DNA of 58,968 nucleotides from Candidatus Omnitrophota bacterium (GTDB taxonomy: Bacteria; Omnitrophota; Gorgyraeia; Duberdicusellales; Duberdicusellaceae): assembly GCA_003644445.1 (NCBI GenBank), contig QNCG01000001.1, positions 1 through 58,968 on the forward strand. Reading direction: 5' to 3'. The notes below the pieces were generated by a model. That model had not been told where the DNA came from and ran no database searches. It worked only from the letters and a program-made list of their open reading frames with translations. The translations under genes were made by a program, and so were the position numbers. This document shows, piece after piece, positions 8,933-18,771 of the stretch (its first letter is position 1; every line of letters begins with the position of its first letter).

Positions 8933-10147
8933 CTAAAGATAGACTATATCCTGAGGGTTGTACAGAGAGAGAAACAAAAGTAAATAATCTTGGATATGAC
9001 GGGTAATAAGAAAATTATTTTGGATGTGTCTTCTTCCATTAATTGCTAATCTGCGAGCATAATCTGGCTCGTGAAGAAGTTGTTTTATCCAGTAAGCAGT
9101 TCCTTCTATTGTATAAGTAAGGATTCCTGAATATTTATGAGCTATCTGAAGAGGTATGCCTCCTACAGATGAAGCAATCACTGGCTTCTCTTTCCATAAA
9201 GCTTCAGCCACAGTTAAACCAAAACCCTCCCGCAAAGACTTTTGCAAAATTATAGTAGAAGCTCTCTGAAGAGCATTTATCTCTAAATTACTGCCTGCAG
9301 GTAGATGTAAAACAAAAATGTCCTTATCGGAAGCTACCTCATTCTTAACCTCCTCCAAAACCTTAGCCCCTTCAGGATCATCTGCAGCCCCTCCTCCGGC
9401 TAAAACCAACTGACAATCAAGATACCTCTTAACTAACCGGTAAGCTTTAATTACTCCTAAAGGGTCTTTTAAATAATCAAAACGTGATATCTGAGTAATA
9501 ATGGGTCTATTTTTGTCAATACCAAATCTTCTTAGAACCTCTTCAATATAAGCAGGGTCTAAAGGTTTATTCTTATCACTTAAAGGGTCTATAGAGGGAG
9601 GTATTAAAACCTGTCTGACTTTAAGAGATTGAGCAAAACTGGGAGCAGAAAATACACTCAAATCATACCTCTCAATAATCTTTTTGAGAAATTTCCAAAT
9701 GTCTCTTTTAGGAGAAGAAAAATCAATATGACATCTCCATATCCATTTGTTCTTAAGTTTTTTCTTTTTCTCTACTAAATAAATAGGCTGAGGATCATGA
9801 ACAAAGACTATATCGCTCTTTCGCAAAATATTATTAGCATTTTCTAAGTTTATCTGATGAAAATAATCTAACTCCTCCTTACTAATCTTTAAATCTACCC
9901 CATGAAGAGCATTGTGTATCTTCTTGGTTATTTTAAAAAAGCGATTATCTGCTTTAATTACATCCCAAAAAACATTCAATCCTAATTCTCTCATTAAAGG
10001 AACCACCCTAGAAAGAATCTCGGCTACACCACCTCCAAAGGAAGTAGAATTTATATTTTGAATAGTTATATCTTTAAGCTTCTTAGCTATCAAATACAGC
10101 TCCTCTATAACCTCCTCTCCTACTATCTCTTTATATTTATCTAACAT
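8933..10147 (-). CDS. treT: Trehalose glycosyltransferring synthase (TreT-like GT4 glycosyltransferase)
   Basis: 404 aa. It carries strings characteristic of archaeal/bacterial TreT: NSTSFGGGVAEIL, HDPQP, WRCHID, PPSIDPLS, ITQISRFD, DDPEG, REGFGLTVAEALWK. Confidence 0.8.
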   Translation of the reverse strand: MLDKYKEIVGEEVIEELYLIAKKLKDITIQNINSTSFGGGVAEILSRVVPLMRELGLNVFWDVIKADNRFFKITKKIHNALHGVDLKISKEELDYFHQINLENANNILRKSDIVFVHDPQPIYLVEKKKKLKNKWIWRCHIDFSSPKRDIWKFLKKIIERYDLSVFSAPSFAQSLKVRQVLIPPSIDPLSDKNKPLDPAYIEEVLRRFGIDKNRPIITQISRFDYLKDPLGVIKAYRLVKRYLDCQLVLAGGGAADDPEGAKVLEEVKNEVASDKDIFVLHLPAGSNLEINALQRASTIILQKSLREGFGLTVAEALWKEKPVIASSVGGIPLQIAHKYSGILTYTIEGTAYWIKQLLHEPDYARRLAINGRRHIQNNFLITRHIQDYLLLFLSLYNPQDIVYL

Positions 10148-10787
10148 TTTTAATTTCTTCCTCTACTAATCTTATAAGTTTTCTCCGTAAACCTTCCAAA
10201 GTATAAGTATAAGGGTCAAGCTGAGAAACCTTCTCAGCTAACCTTACATAACCCTGGTCTCTCAACCAACAAGAAAAGTCATTATCAGGTTTTTTAAGTC
10301 TTAGTCTGGCTTCAAACATATGGAAGTAGAAAGAGTGTGCTGTCACCCTTTTAAGAGCTTCCCCAAACTCTTCTAAATTATGGGCAACAAAAGGAGTGGG
10401 CAAAACAAAAATTTTTGAAGACAAAAAACGAAACTCCTCTGAAGGGATACAGTTTCTTAAGAAAAAACTATCTTTTAAATAATCCTCAAGAATCTGAATA
10501 AATTTAGCTCTTAAATCCTCAATATCAGAAAACTGAATTATATCTACACTAGCTATCTTTTCAGCCAATTTTTTAAGTCCCAAACTTGTATTTATCCAAT
10601 AAGAAAAATCATTAGGATGCTCGGGTGAGAAAAACCTGTGTTGTTCTAAATACTTATGAGTATGATGATAGATGCTTGAGGAAGGAACTCTCTTTATTCC
10701 TTCCAAGAGCTCCTTAACATTGCGAGCAACTCTTCCTAAAAGTTCAACCTGAGTTATCCGGGTATTAAAATAAAAGGGCTCTTTCAT
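10137..10787 (-). CDS. Conserved hypothetical protein with internal duplication (DUF5752-like)
   Basis: 216 aa. Two related halves are visible (…YHHTHKYLEQHRFF..PNDFSYWI… and …FYFHMFEARLRL..DNDFSCWL…). It overlaps treT by 11 nt and the upstream methyltransferase by 4 nt. Confidence 0.4.
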   Translation of the reverse strand: MKEPFYFNTRITQVELLGRVARNVKELLEGIKRVPSSSIYHHTHKYLEQHRFFSPEHPNDFSYWINTSLGLKKLAEKIASVDIIQFSDIEDLRAKFIQILEDYLKDSFFLRNCIPSEEFRFLSSKIFVLPTPFVAHNLEEFGEALKRVTAHSFYFHMFEARLRLKKPDNDFSCWLRDQGYVRLAEKVSQLDPYTYTLEGLRRKLIRLVEEEIKNVR

Positions 10788-11956
10788 CTTCTCTCCAATA
10801 AAGCTAAAACTTCAATGTGGGGAGTATGAGGGAAAAAATCAAAAGGTTGAATTAGCCTTATCCTATAAGAATCTAAGAAACTTTGTAAGTCTACAATAAA
10901 ACTCTTAGGATTACAAGAAGAATAAATTATTCTTTTAGGAGCTATAGTCTTTATCCTCTTAATTATTTTCTTAGAAAGACCAGCCCGGGGCGGATTTATA
11001 AAGACTAAAAATATTCTTTCTTTCCAAAGGTTAAGATTTAAAAAAAGAGCTTTTTTCACATCCGAATTTAAAAAGCTTACATTATTTATATTATTTAAGG
11101 AAGCGTTAACTAAACTTGTTTTTATAGCCAACTCATCCTGTTCTATAGCCCAGACGAAAGAAAATTCTTTAGCTAAAAGAAGGCTCAAAGAACCTACCCC
11201 TGAAAAAAGATCTAAAGCAGAATTTTCTTTATTGCCCTTCAAATGAGTTTTTATAAATTCAAAAAAAACTTCTAAGATAAAAGGGTTAACCTGAAAAAAG
11301 GAAAATGCCGGAATCCTAAACTTAAAACCTTTAATCTCTTCCTCTAAGTAGTCTTGGCCATAGAAAACTTCAAATTTCTCAGGAACAACTGCATCAGAAA
11401 GTTTATCGCTAATAGTCCAGACTAAAGAAGTTATTCTCTTATTATCTTTCAATCTTAGAGAAATTAAAGCAGATTTAAAAGCCTCTTTATCTAAAGAACC
11501 TTCTGAAGTTGTGACTATATTTACCATAAAATCATTTTTAGTCTTAGATTCCCTTAACACTAAATATCTTAAAAAGCCTCGATGAGAAAAAGTACTATAA
11601 GAAGAGAGCCTTTCTTTTCTAAGGAGATCTTTAACCTTTTCTAAAACTAAAGGAACATTCTCTGAAAATAAGAAACACTCCTCAACATCAATAACTTTTC
11701 TCTTATTAAGCCTTGAATGTAAACCACACACCAGTTCAGAGGCTTCTTGGGCAAAAGAAAACTCCATCTTATTTCTATAAAAGTAAATTTTAGGAGAGGG
11801 TATAATAGGCAAAATTTTAGGAGAATTTTTAAGAGGAGAAAACAAACTCCCTAAAAATTTTTGCTTTCTTTCTAACTGCTCTGGGTATTCTAAATCCTGA
11901 AATCTACACCCTCCACAAACTCCAAAATGTTTACAGACAAATTTAGTTGGACTCAT
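10784..11956 (-). CDS. 23S rRNA (uracil-5-)-methyltransferase, RumA/RlmD family
   Basis: 390 aa. It has an N-terminal Cys cluster (CKHFGVCGGCRFQ), a SAM motif (DLFSGVGSLS) and a catalytic-Cys region (YSSCNP). Confidence 0.85.
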   Translation of the reverse strand: MSPTKFVCKHFGVCGGCRFQDLEYPEQLERKQKFLGSLFSPLKNSPKILPIIPSPKIYFYRNKMEFSFAQEASELVCGLHSRLNKRKVIDVEECFLFSENVPLVLEKVKDLLRKERLSSYSTFSHRGFLRYLVLRESKTKNDFMVNIVTTSEGSLDKEAFKSALISLRLKDNKRITSLVWTISDKLSDAVVPEKFEVFYGQDYLEEEIKGFKFRIPAFSFFQVNPFILEVFFEFIKTHLKGNKENSALDLFSGVGSLSLLLAKEFSFVWAIEQDELAIKTSLVNASLNNINNVSFLNSDVKKALFLNLNLWKERIFLVFINPPRAGLSKKIIKRIKTIAPKRIIYSSCNPKSFIVDLQSFLDSYRIRLIQPFDFFPHTPHIEVLALLERR

Positions 11957-12858
11957 TAAGGATTAAGGTAACCTAATTCTTTAAGTACTCGTGGTTTATT
12001 TTGCCAATCTTTTTCTACCTTCACCCACAATTCTAAAAAGGCTTTCTTAGAAAAAAGAAGTTCTAAGTCTTTACGAGCAGAGGTTCCTATTTCCTTTATC
12101 ATTCTTCCTTTCTGGCCAATAATTATCTTTTTTTGAGAAGGTTTACTAACTAAAATGTTAGCTAAAATTTTTACTATATTCTCTTCTTCATTTATCTCTT
12201 CTACTAACACTGCTGTATTGTGAGGAATTTCCTCTTTAAGAAACAAGCAAACCTTTTCTCTAATGATATCGGCCACTCGGTAAGATAAAGGAAAATCAGT
12301 AATGTTTTCTTTATCATAATAAGGAAAACCTTCAGGTAAAAGTTCTACCATCAAATCCAATAATTTATCTAAATTATCTCCTCTTAAGGCTGATATAGGA
12401 ATAAAGTATTTAAGAGGTAATAACTTACCTTTTGTTTTTTCTTTCCACATCTCTACATAACTATTAATGTATTCTTTAGAGATATCTATCTTATTCAAAG
12501 CCATTATCACCGGAATTCTCTTTTTAACTAAATTATTCATAATCATCTCTTCTTCTTTAAAAGGAGGGCGAGTTACATCTACAAGGTAAAGTATAAGTTC
12601 AACATCTTTTAAAGATTTAAATACCAGTTCATTGAGGTTAGAAAATAATTTACCTTTAAAAAGATGTATTCCTGGAGTATCTACAAAAACAATCTGAGCT
12701 TGATTTAAATTTAAAACACCCCTTATTACATAACGAGTAGTTTGGGGAACATTAGAAATAATACTTACTTTTTGTTTAAGCAGAGTGTTGAGGAGAGTAG
12801 ACTTCCCCACATTAGGCCTGCCTAAAATTGCTACAAATCCTGATTTAAACTTACTCAT
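11956..12858 (-). CDS. era: GTPase Era
   Basis: 300 aa. G1 is GRPNVGKST, G3 is DTPG, G4 is NKID, and the C-terminus is a KH domain. Confidence 0.95.
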   Translation of the reverse strand: MSKFKSGFVAILGRPNVGKSTLLNTLLKQKVSIISNVPQTTRYVIRGVLNLNQAQIVFVDTPGIHLFKGKLFSNLNELVFKSLKDVELILYLVDVTRPPFKEEEMIMNNLVKKRIPVIMALNKIDISKEYINSYVEMWKEKTKGKLLPLKYFIPISALRGDNLDKLLDLMVELLPEGFPYYDKENITDFPLSYRVADIIREKVCLFLKEEIPHNTAVLVEEINEEENIVKILANILVSKPSQKKIIIGQKGRMIKEIGTSARKDLELLFSKKAFLELWVKVEKDWQNKPRVLKELGYLNP

Positions 12859-13981
12859 TATCTAAAATATTGTCTATCTTAATTAGAAAATTCTTTAAAA
12901 CCCTTACCCCTTTATAAAGATTAGGTATGGCTATATATTCATCAGTAGCGTGAGCCTGCTGAGAGGTTGAAAATCCAAAGACTACACCCTCCACGCCTCT
13001 TTCTAATAAGAAATTTAAAATGGTAGCTCCCCGGGAAACTTCAAAATGAGGTTTTATATTTTCACCTAAAAGGGTATCTTTAAGGCAATTAATCCAAAAA
13101 TTATTTCTCTGAGCTCTTACCGGGGGTTGATAAGCTAAAACTTTTAAAGAATAAGCTTTGGTAAACTTTTCTATTGTTTTCTTAAAAATATTCAGAAGTT
13201 TTTCTTTGGATTCATTTTCCCTAAACCTTAAATCTAACTCCATAAAACACTTATCAGCAACCATATTTACTTTTTCCCCACCTTCTATCTTACCTATATT
13301 TAGGGTAAATTGCGCTTTCTTATCCTTTTTATTTAACCGCTTAATTAAATCCCTAATCTGAGAATAAATATTAAAACTTAAAATAATAGCATTCTCTCCC
13401 CTCTCCGGATAAGCTCCGTGAGCTTTTTTACCTAAAATATTGATTCTTAAATGGAGAAGGCCTTTTTGGGCATAAATAATCTTGAATTCTGAACCATCCA
13501 AAATTAACCCAAAATCTAAGCGGGGCAAACTATTAAGGATAGGCTTAAAACCTAAACTACTGCCTGCTTCTTCGTCAGCAGTAGCTAAAAAGACTATGTC
13601 TAAATTTCTAAACTTCCTCTTTTCTTCTTTAAGCTGGGCTAAGACTTCTAAACCTACTGCCAAATTCCCCTTACAATCAGAAGCTCCCCGACCGTAAATC
13701 CGGTTATTTAATATCTTAGCGGAAAAAGGAGGGAGATTCCAGTTCTCCCCAGCAGGGACAGTATCTAAATGGGGTGATAAAAGAATTGTTCTTAAGGAAT
13801 TCTCCGACTTACAGCTACAGAGAAGATTACTTCTTTGAGGAGCAAATTCTAAAATACGAGGCTTATAACCATAGTTTTTTAAAAAATCATAACAGAACTT
13901 GGCAATCTTTCTCTCTCGGCCAGGTGGATTTTCTGAATTTATCTTTATCAGTTCCTGAGTAAGTCTCAAAATTCTCTTCAT
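12851..13981 (-). CDS. M20-family metallopeptidase (ArgE/DapE-like deacylase)
   Basis: 376 aa. It carries M20 signatures: HLDTVP, RGASDCKG, ADEEAGS. Confidence 0.75.
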   Translation of the reverse strand: MKRILRLTQELIKINSENPPGRERKIAKFCYDFLKNYGYKPRILEFAPQRSNLLCSCKSENSLRTILLSPHLDTVPAGENWNLPPFSAKILNNRIYGRGASDCKGNLAVGLEVLAQLKEEKRKFRNLDIVFLATADEEAGSSLGFKPILNSLPRLDFGLILDGSEFKIIYAQKGLLHLRINILGKKAHGAYPERGENAIILSFNIYSQIRDLIKRLNKKDKKAQFTLNIGKIEGGEKVNMVADKCFMELDLRFRENESKEKLLNIFKKTIEKFTKAYSLKVLAYQPPVRAQRNNFWINCLKDTLLGENIKPHFEVSRGATILNFLLERGVEGVVFGFSTSQQAHATDEYIAIPNLYKGVRVLKNFLIKIDNILDNE

Positions 13982-16011
13982 TCCGAAGAAGAAAGCTTTT
14001 TAAAGCCTAAATCTGGGGCTAAAGGATTATAACCGTAGTAGGCAAATATATAATAAGAGGTACTAGCTAAAGAACATACTCTCTTACCTTGAGGAGTACG
14101 CCAGCCGTGGCCGGTATCTGCAGAGGAAGAAGAAGCATAAGGAAGGCAACCTTTACCCTGACCAGTAGGAGAAGGAGAACTAATAATCATCTTTTCCAAT
14201 TCTGATAAGTAATGTCTAGCTAATCCCTGATAATAGTTTGCCTTGGGAAGTTGAGACTTTTTCTGATAATAGTTAGCCATAATCTGGAAAGCTAAAACCA
14301 TCTGGGCTGTCCATTCACAAGAAATAACTCCTCCTCGGGGAAGATGTCTAATTCTAGCAAAATCAAATCCTTCTACTAAAATCTTTTTATCCTCTCTCTC
14401 CAAATAATTCTTAACCCGGCAATTTTCTATAGCAAACTCTAAAATCTCATCAGGGTCCATCTCTAAACTTATAAGTTCCTCTGCTCCTAAAGAAGCTATA
14501 GACCAGGCATAGGTATCAGTAGCTATAGTAGAATCGCCTTTACCTCTATTTATAGGAATATCTTTTTTAGTATAGGAGTACTTTTTAAGCCAGGTTTTAA
14601 CCCTTTCCTGAGCTAATAAGTATTCAGATTTCTCAGTAAGTTTATAAAGACCTTTAAAAAAGGCATAAGCATCTAAGTTGTGCTCAGTAGAATACCAAGA
14701 AACTTTTGGTCCACCGATTATACCTCCTTCTGAATCCTGCAGACTCAACACAAATTTAGCAATTCTCTCAGCTAAGTTTAAATAACTTTTGTCAGAGGTT
14801 GCTTCAGTATATCTTAATATACCTAAACCCAGCCAGATATTAGGGCCAGCGTGAACTATATATTCACAGGGCGAACCATCATCAACATAATAAGCATTTA
14901 AAAATCCGCCCTGGTAAGTCTTAGCTTTATACTTATAAAAATCTAAGATATTTTTAGCTCTCTCAAAATCAGAAAATAATAAAAAGACATTCACACAAAG
15001 TGCCTGGTCATAAGTAAAAGCCCATCCAGAAAGGGTAAAACCTCCTTCAAAACTTACTACTAAGCCGGTCTTTAAATTTTGGTGATTTCTTATCCACTTA
15101 TACATATCTTTAACGGTAAACTTCTCTAATAACTGCTTCCTCTCCTGAATACGCCTTAACTCTCTTTGAGAAGAAGCTGTTAAGGCCTTTGCCTCTTTTA
15201 ACTTATCCTGTAAACTCTTATTTTCCTGAATAAGCAGAGATAGTTTCCTCTGAAGATGAGCTATTTTCTCCTGAATCTCTCGTTCTTTCTCTAAAGCCTC
15301 CTCAGAAGATAAAAATTCTTTCAACAAGTTTTTCCTCTCTTTCTTTAAATGTTCGTATTCTTTTTCCCATAAAGCTAATTCTTCCTTAGTTTTCTCTAAA
15401 TCTCGATTTACCCTGTTAAGTTTTCCGCGAAACATTTTTACTACTGCCTGGTTCTGCTCTAGTACTTCTTTCTTAAGATTTAATTCTAAAGAGGTTTCTA
15501 CTAATTCTTTAGCTATCTTACGATTATAATTAAGAATTTTTTGGTTTTGATAATAGAGGTAGAGGAGACTAAAAGTTAAAACTATAATAGTACTTAAGGA
15601 AACTTTAGGGATGAAATTACGCCAATAAGTAAAAAATATTAGATTCTTTCTTTCTTTCTCGGATAAATCTAAAAATTCCAACCCCAGAGAAAAATTTGCT
15701 TCCCTAACCTTCCCCCTTCTATGCCAAACGAGTTTTCCTCGAGTAGAAATTGTCTTCCAGGAAAAAGGAATATGAATTCTTAATTGAAAAATAGTCTCTT
15801 TATCCTTAAGACTCTTCCAAAGCTCAGGAGGAATCAAGTTAGAAAAGACGCATATACCACTTCTACTTATATTGTTGCTGAAACCGGCTAACCAATCAGA
15901 AAGCGATTGTTGGTCCTGAGATAATATCCTGAATTCTACAGGAAGGATGGTATTTAATCTGGTGTATCTTCTTTGTTCAGAGAGAGCTTCTTTAGAAATC
16001 ACTTTCTTCAA
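13978..16011 (-). CDS. PilZ-domain membrane protein with coiled coil and C-terminal alpha/alpha-toroid-like domain
   Basis: 677 aa. PilZ motifs are RRYTR (RxxxR) and NISRSG (D/NxSxxG). A single TM helix (IIVLTFSLLYLYY) is followed by ~150 aa of heptad-rich coiled coil. The ~370 aa C-terminal domain resembles six-hairpin glycosidase-like folds by pattern only. Confidence 0.6.
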   Translation of the reverse strand: MKKVISKEALSEQRRYTRLNTILPVEFRILSQDQQSLSDWLAGFSNNISRSGICVFSNLIPPELWKSLKDKETIFQLRIHIPFSWKTISTRGKLVWHRRGKVREANFSLGLEFLDLSEKERKNLIFFTYWRNFIPKVSLSTIIVLTFSLLYLYYQNQKILNYNRKIAKELVETSLELNLKKEVLEQNQAVVKMFRGKLNRVNRDLEKTKEELALWEKEYEHLKKERKNLLKEFLSSEEALEKEREIQEKIAHLQRKLSLLIQENKSLQDKLKEAKALTASSQRELRRIQERKQLLEKFTVKDMYKWIRNHQNLKTGLVVSFEGGFTLSGWAFTYDQALCVNVFLLFSDFERAKNILDFYKYKAKTYQGGFLNAYYVDDGSPCEYIVHAGPNIWLGLGILRYTEATSDKSYLNLAERIAKFVLSLQDSEGGIIGGPKVSWYSTEHNLDAYAFFKGLYKLTEKSEYLLAQERVKTWLKKYSYTKKDIPINRGKGDSTIATDTYAWSIASLGAEELISLEMDPDEILEFAIENCRVKNYLEREDKKILVEGFDFARIRHLPRGGVISCEWTAQMVLAFQIMANYYQKKSQLPKANYYQGLARHYLSELEKMIISSPSPTGQGKGCLPYASSSSADTGHGWRTPQGKRVCSLASTSYYIFAYYGYNPLAPDLGFKKLSSSE

Positions 16012-16414
16012 TTTTACTAAGACTTACCCCTTTAAATAATCTTCTGGTTACTTTATCCATAAGTTCCCAGAATCTTTTATCTTTTCTCAAATTTTCTAAG
16101 TCCTTATCTTTTTTAAGATAAGAGAAATCATCATAGCCTAAGACAATTGCCTTCTTTAAAGCCTCTAAGGCTTTAGTAGTGTCTCCTAAAAGAGAATAGC
16201 TACAGGCTAAATTATAATGGACGATAGGGTCTTTAGGCCTGACTTTAGAAAGGTGTAAATCTACTCTGAGTCCTTCCCCGTAAAAACCCTTCTTAGTATA
16301 AGCAGACCCCAAACACATCCAGGCCTGAATAAAGTTAGGGTTCTCCCGGATAAGTTCTTCATAAAATTTTATCTCAAAGTCCTTGTTTCTCTTAGTCTTC
16401 CTGTATTTTTTCAT
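15992..16414 (-). CDS. TPR repeat protein
   Basis: 140 aa with TPR-like repeats (AWMCLGSAYTKKGFYGEGL, VHYNLACSYSLLGDTTKALEALKKA). It overlaps both neighbours (20 and 23 nt). Confidence 0.7.
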   Translation of the reverse strand: MKKYRKTKRNKDFEIKFYEELIRENPNFIQAWMCLGSAYTKKGFYGEGLRVDLHLSKVRPKDPIVHYNLACSYSLLGDTTKALEALKKAIVLGYDDFSYLKKDKDLENLRKDKRFWELMDKVTRRLFKGVSLSKIEESDF

Positions 16415-18755
16415 CTTTCTTTCTAAGAATTATCTGTTGTTTGAGATTGTAGAGAGCCGCCTCAACTATCTTCTTAAACTCAGAATATTCTGAAGGATAA
16501 ATTATCTCTTTCTCCACCGAGAGAAGTTCTTTAAAAATGATAGAACCTGAAATTTTTTTATAAGATAAAGAAAAGTTTAATAGCTCTGAATTTACCTCTA
16601 AATCTTGAGGTAGGTATTCTAATTCTAAATTAGGAGGAAGATGGATTTCTGCCTCTATTTCTACTTTATAAGGACTACCTAAGTATAAAGGGTATAACCT
16701 CTTTTCTCTGTTTATCCAGGAAGGTTCAAAGACCTCTTCTCCTAAAAAGGGGAGAATCCTTAACTCCTTAACTTTACTTAAAAGATTGTAAGCTAAGAAC
16801 TCATATTCAAGAAGAGGCTCTCCTTCTGATAAAGACTCTGCGTTCTTTATGTTAAACTCTAAAAGTTCAGAAAGAGAAGCAAATTTCTTTATTTTTTCCT
16901 GAATATTATCCCTTATTAACTGAGGTGGGGTATTTTTTAGATAATACTTTCGAGAAGAAGAAAAAAAGCCCTTAGAGGCAACTTCTCTTTTAATCTTAGC
17001 TGTTTCTTCTTTATCTATACTAATATTCATTTTTATTCTTAAAAAATTATCTTTTAATAAAGGAGTAGAACAAATTTTATAATCGTCTTCAAAGAATATC
17101 AATACCTTCCTGTTTTGATCTGAGGGAGGTAAATCCCCAAAGGAAGTAGTAGAAGATGTGGGGTCCATAAAAATTAAATCTTCTCCTATCTTTACACAGG
17201 CAATAGCATGATTAAAATAGGAAGCAGGGAGGCTTTCTTTTAGATTATAAGCAGATTTAGTAGGGATAAGCACAGGGTAAGCTTTTAACCCTGAAGCTCT
17301 TAAGAGGGCTACTAAAAGAACTGCCTGGTCTTTACAATCTCCGTACTTATTAATAAAGACCTCTCTAGCTCGGTGCGGTTCAAAACCTGCTTTCCCATAT
17401 TCTACTGCTACATATCTAATCTTTTCAGCACAAAATTCATAGATTCTCTTTGCTTTTTCATAATCGGAATCTGCTGTTTTTATTAAATCTTTTAGAAAAT
17501 CTTTCATCTCTTTATTAAGGGCTAACTTATCTTCATAAAGAGCTTTCCACCAATTATAGAATTCTTCCCAGTTAGAAAAACTAGAAAAAACTCCTGCCGG
17601 GTTCACAAAAGAATAAGGAACCATATCTGATTCGGGAATAAGCTGAGGTATATTTTTAAATTCAAATATATAATTTAAGAAACCTTCTTTTATAACTTTC
17701 CTGGGCTCAAAACTTATATGGGAAGGAAGGTATTCTTTATTCAAAACCCCCCAGTTAATCTTTCTGCCCAGAGGAAAAGAAAGAATAAATTCTGCTTTCA
17801 CAATGGGTTCTTCTTCGGCCAATTTGTAGATAATAGAAAAATCTTTTTTGTTTAGAAGCTTACTTCCGTAAATTTTCACCTTACACTCAATAATACTTCC
17901 CCTTAAAACTTCAGGCATAGAGACGATAAAAGCTCGCAAATTACTGTAAAGAGGGAAATTTAAATATTTAGAAACATCTCTTATATTCTCTTTACCTACA
18001 TAGATTATTTTCTTATCGGGAGTAATCGTCCGGGCAAAATCTAATTCCACTCTTTCGTAAGTAGAATCGTAATTTATCTCTACTTCTCCCCAATTCTGTC
18101 TTCCTTTATCATTAAGTACTTTAACCATAAGATGAAGCGTGGTTTCTTGTTTATTCTCAGGAGTTATCTTTATTTTTTCTTTACAAAAAAGAACAACTGA
18201 AGAAGCATCAGGAAAGTCTAAAGAAGTAGGAGAATTTTCAACTATCTCCCTGAGAGAAGAAGGTAATTCATCTTGAAACTTAAGTTTAAGTTCAGATAAT
18301 CTTTTCTGGGCCAATTTTAAATAAGGAGAAGGGGTTATCTTTTGATAGAGCTTTTTGGCTTTAGAAAAAAGGTTTTTCTTCTCGCAGCTTAAGGCGTAAA
18401 GATATAAAGCCTGGGGGTCTTTCAGGTTTTCCTCTTCAAATTCCTCAAAAATCTCCAAGGAAGACGTATAATTTCCCTCCTGGGCATAACTTTTGGCTAA
18501 AAGGAGTTTTCCCTCAAAATTATTTACCCCTTTTAAAATATCTTTAACCTTAGAAAATTCATTCCTCTGGTAATAAAACTTAGCAAAACTTAATCTTATC
18601 CTTACGTCTTCAGGGTGTTTTTCTAAAAGTTTTTTATAGGAATCTTCTATCCGTTTAGAAAGAATATCTATATTTTGAGAAGCCCTCTCTAAAGAATCCC
18701 CAGGAGAACATCCCAGAATAAAAAGACTGACTACTAATAAAAATATTTTCCTCAT
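16392..18755 (-). CDS. Lipoprotein with TPR, DUF3857-like, transglutaminase-core and DUF3858-like regions
   Basis: 787 aa. A lipobox (LFILGCS) is followed by N-terminal TPR repeats. The transglutaminase-like catalytic Cys context is YGDCKDQAVLLVALLRASG, with downstream His/Asp. Confidence 0.7.
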   Translation of the reverse strand: MRKIFLLVVSLFILGCSPGDSLERASQNIDILSKRIEDSYKKLLEKHPEDVRIRLSFAKFYYQRNEFSKVKDILKGVNNFEGKLLLAKSYAQEGNYTSSLEIFEEFEEENLKDPQALYLYALSCEKKNLFSKAKKLYQKITPSPYLKLAQKRLSELKLKFQDELPSSLREIVENSPTSLDFPDASSVVLFCKEKIKITPENKQETTLHLMVKVLNDKGRQNWGEVEINYDSTYERVELDFARTITPDKKIIYVGKENIRDVSKYLNFPLYSNLRAFIVSMPEVLRGSIIECKVKIYGSKLLNKKDFSIIYKLAEEEPIVKAEFILSFPLGRKINWGVLNKEYLPSHISFEPRKVIKEGFLNYIFEFKNIPQLIPESDMVPYSFVNPAGVFSSFSNWEEFYNWWKALYEDKLALNKEMKDFLKDLIKTADSDYEKAKRIYEFCAEKIRYVAVEYGKAGFEPHRAREVFINKYGDCKDQAVLLVALLRASGLKAYPVLIPTKSAYNLKESLPASYFNHAIACVKIGEDLIFMDPTSSTTSFGDLPPSDQNRKVLIFFEDDYKICSTPLLKDNFLRIKMNISIDKEETAKIKREVASKGFFSSSRKYYLKNTPPQLIRDNIQEKIKKFASLSELLEFNIKNAESLSEGEPLLEYEFLAYNLLSKVKELRILPFLGEEVFEPSWINREKRLYPLYLGSPYKVEIEAEIHLPPNLELEYLPQDLEVNSELLNFSLSYKKISGSIIFKELLSVEKEIIYPSEYSEFKKIVEAALYNLKQQIILRKKDEKIQED

Positions 18756-18771
18756 CTCCAGGGAATAAGAA

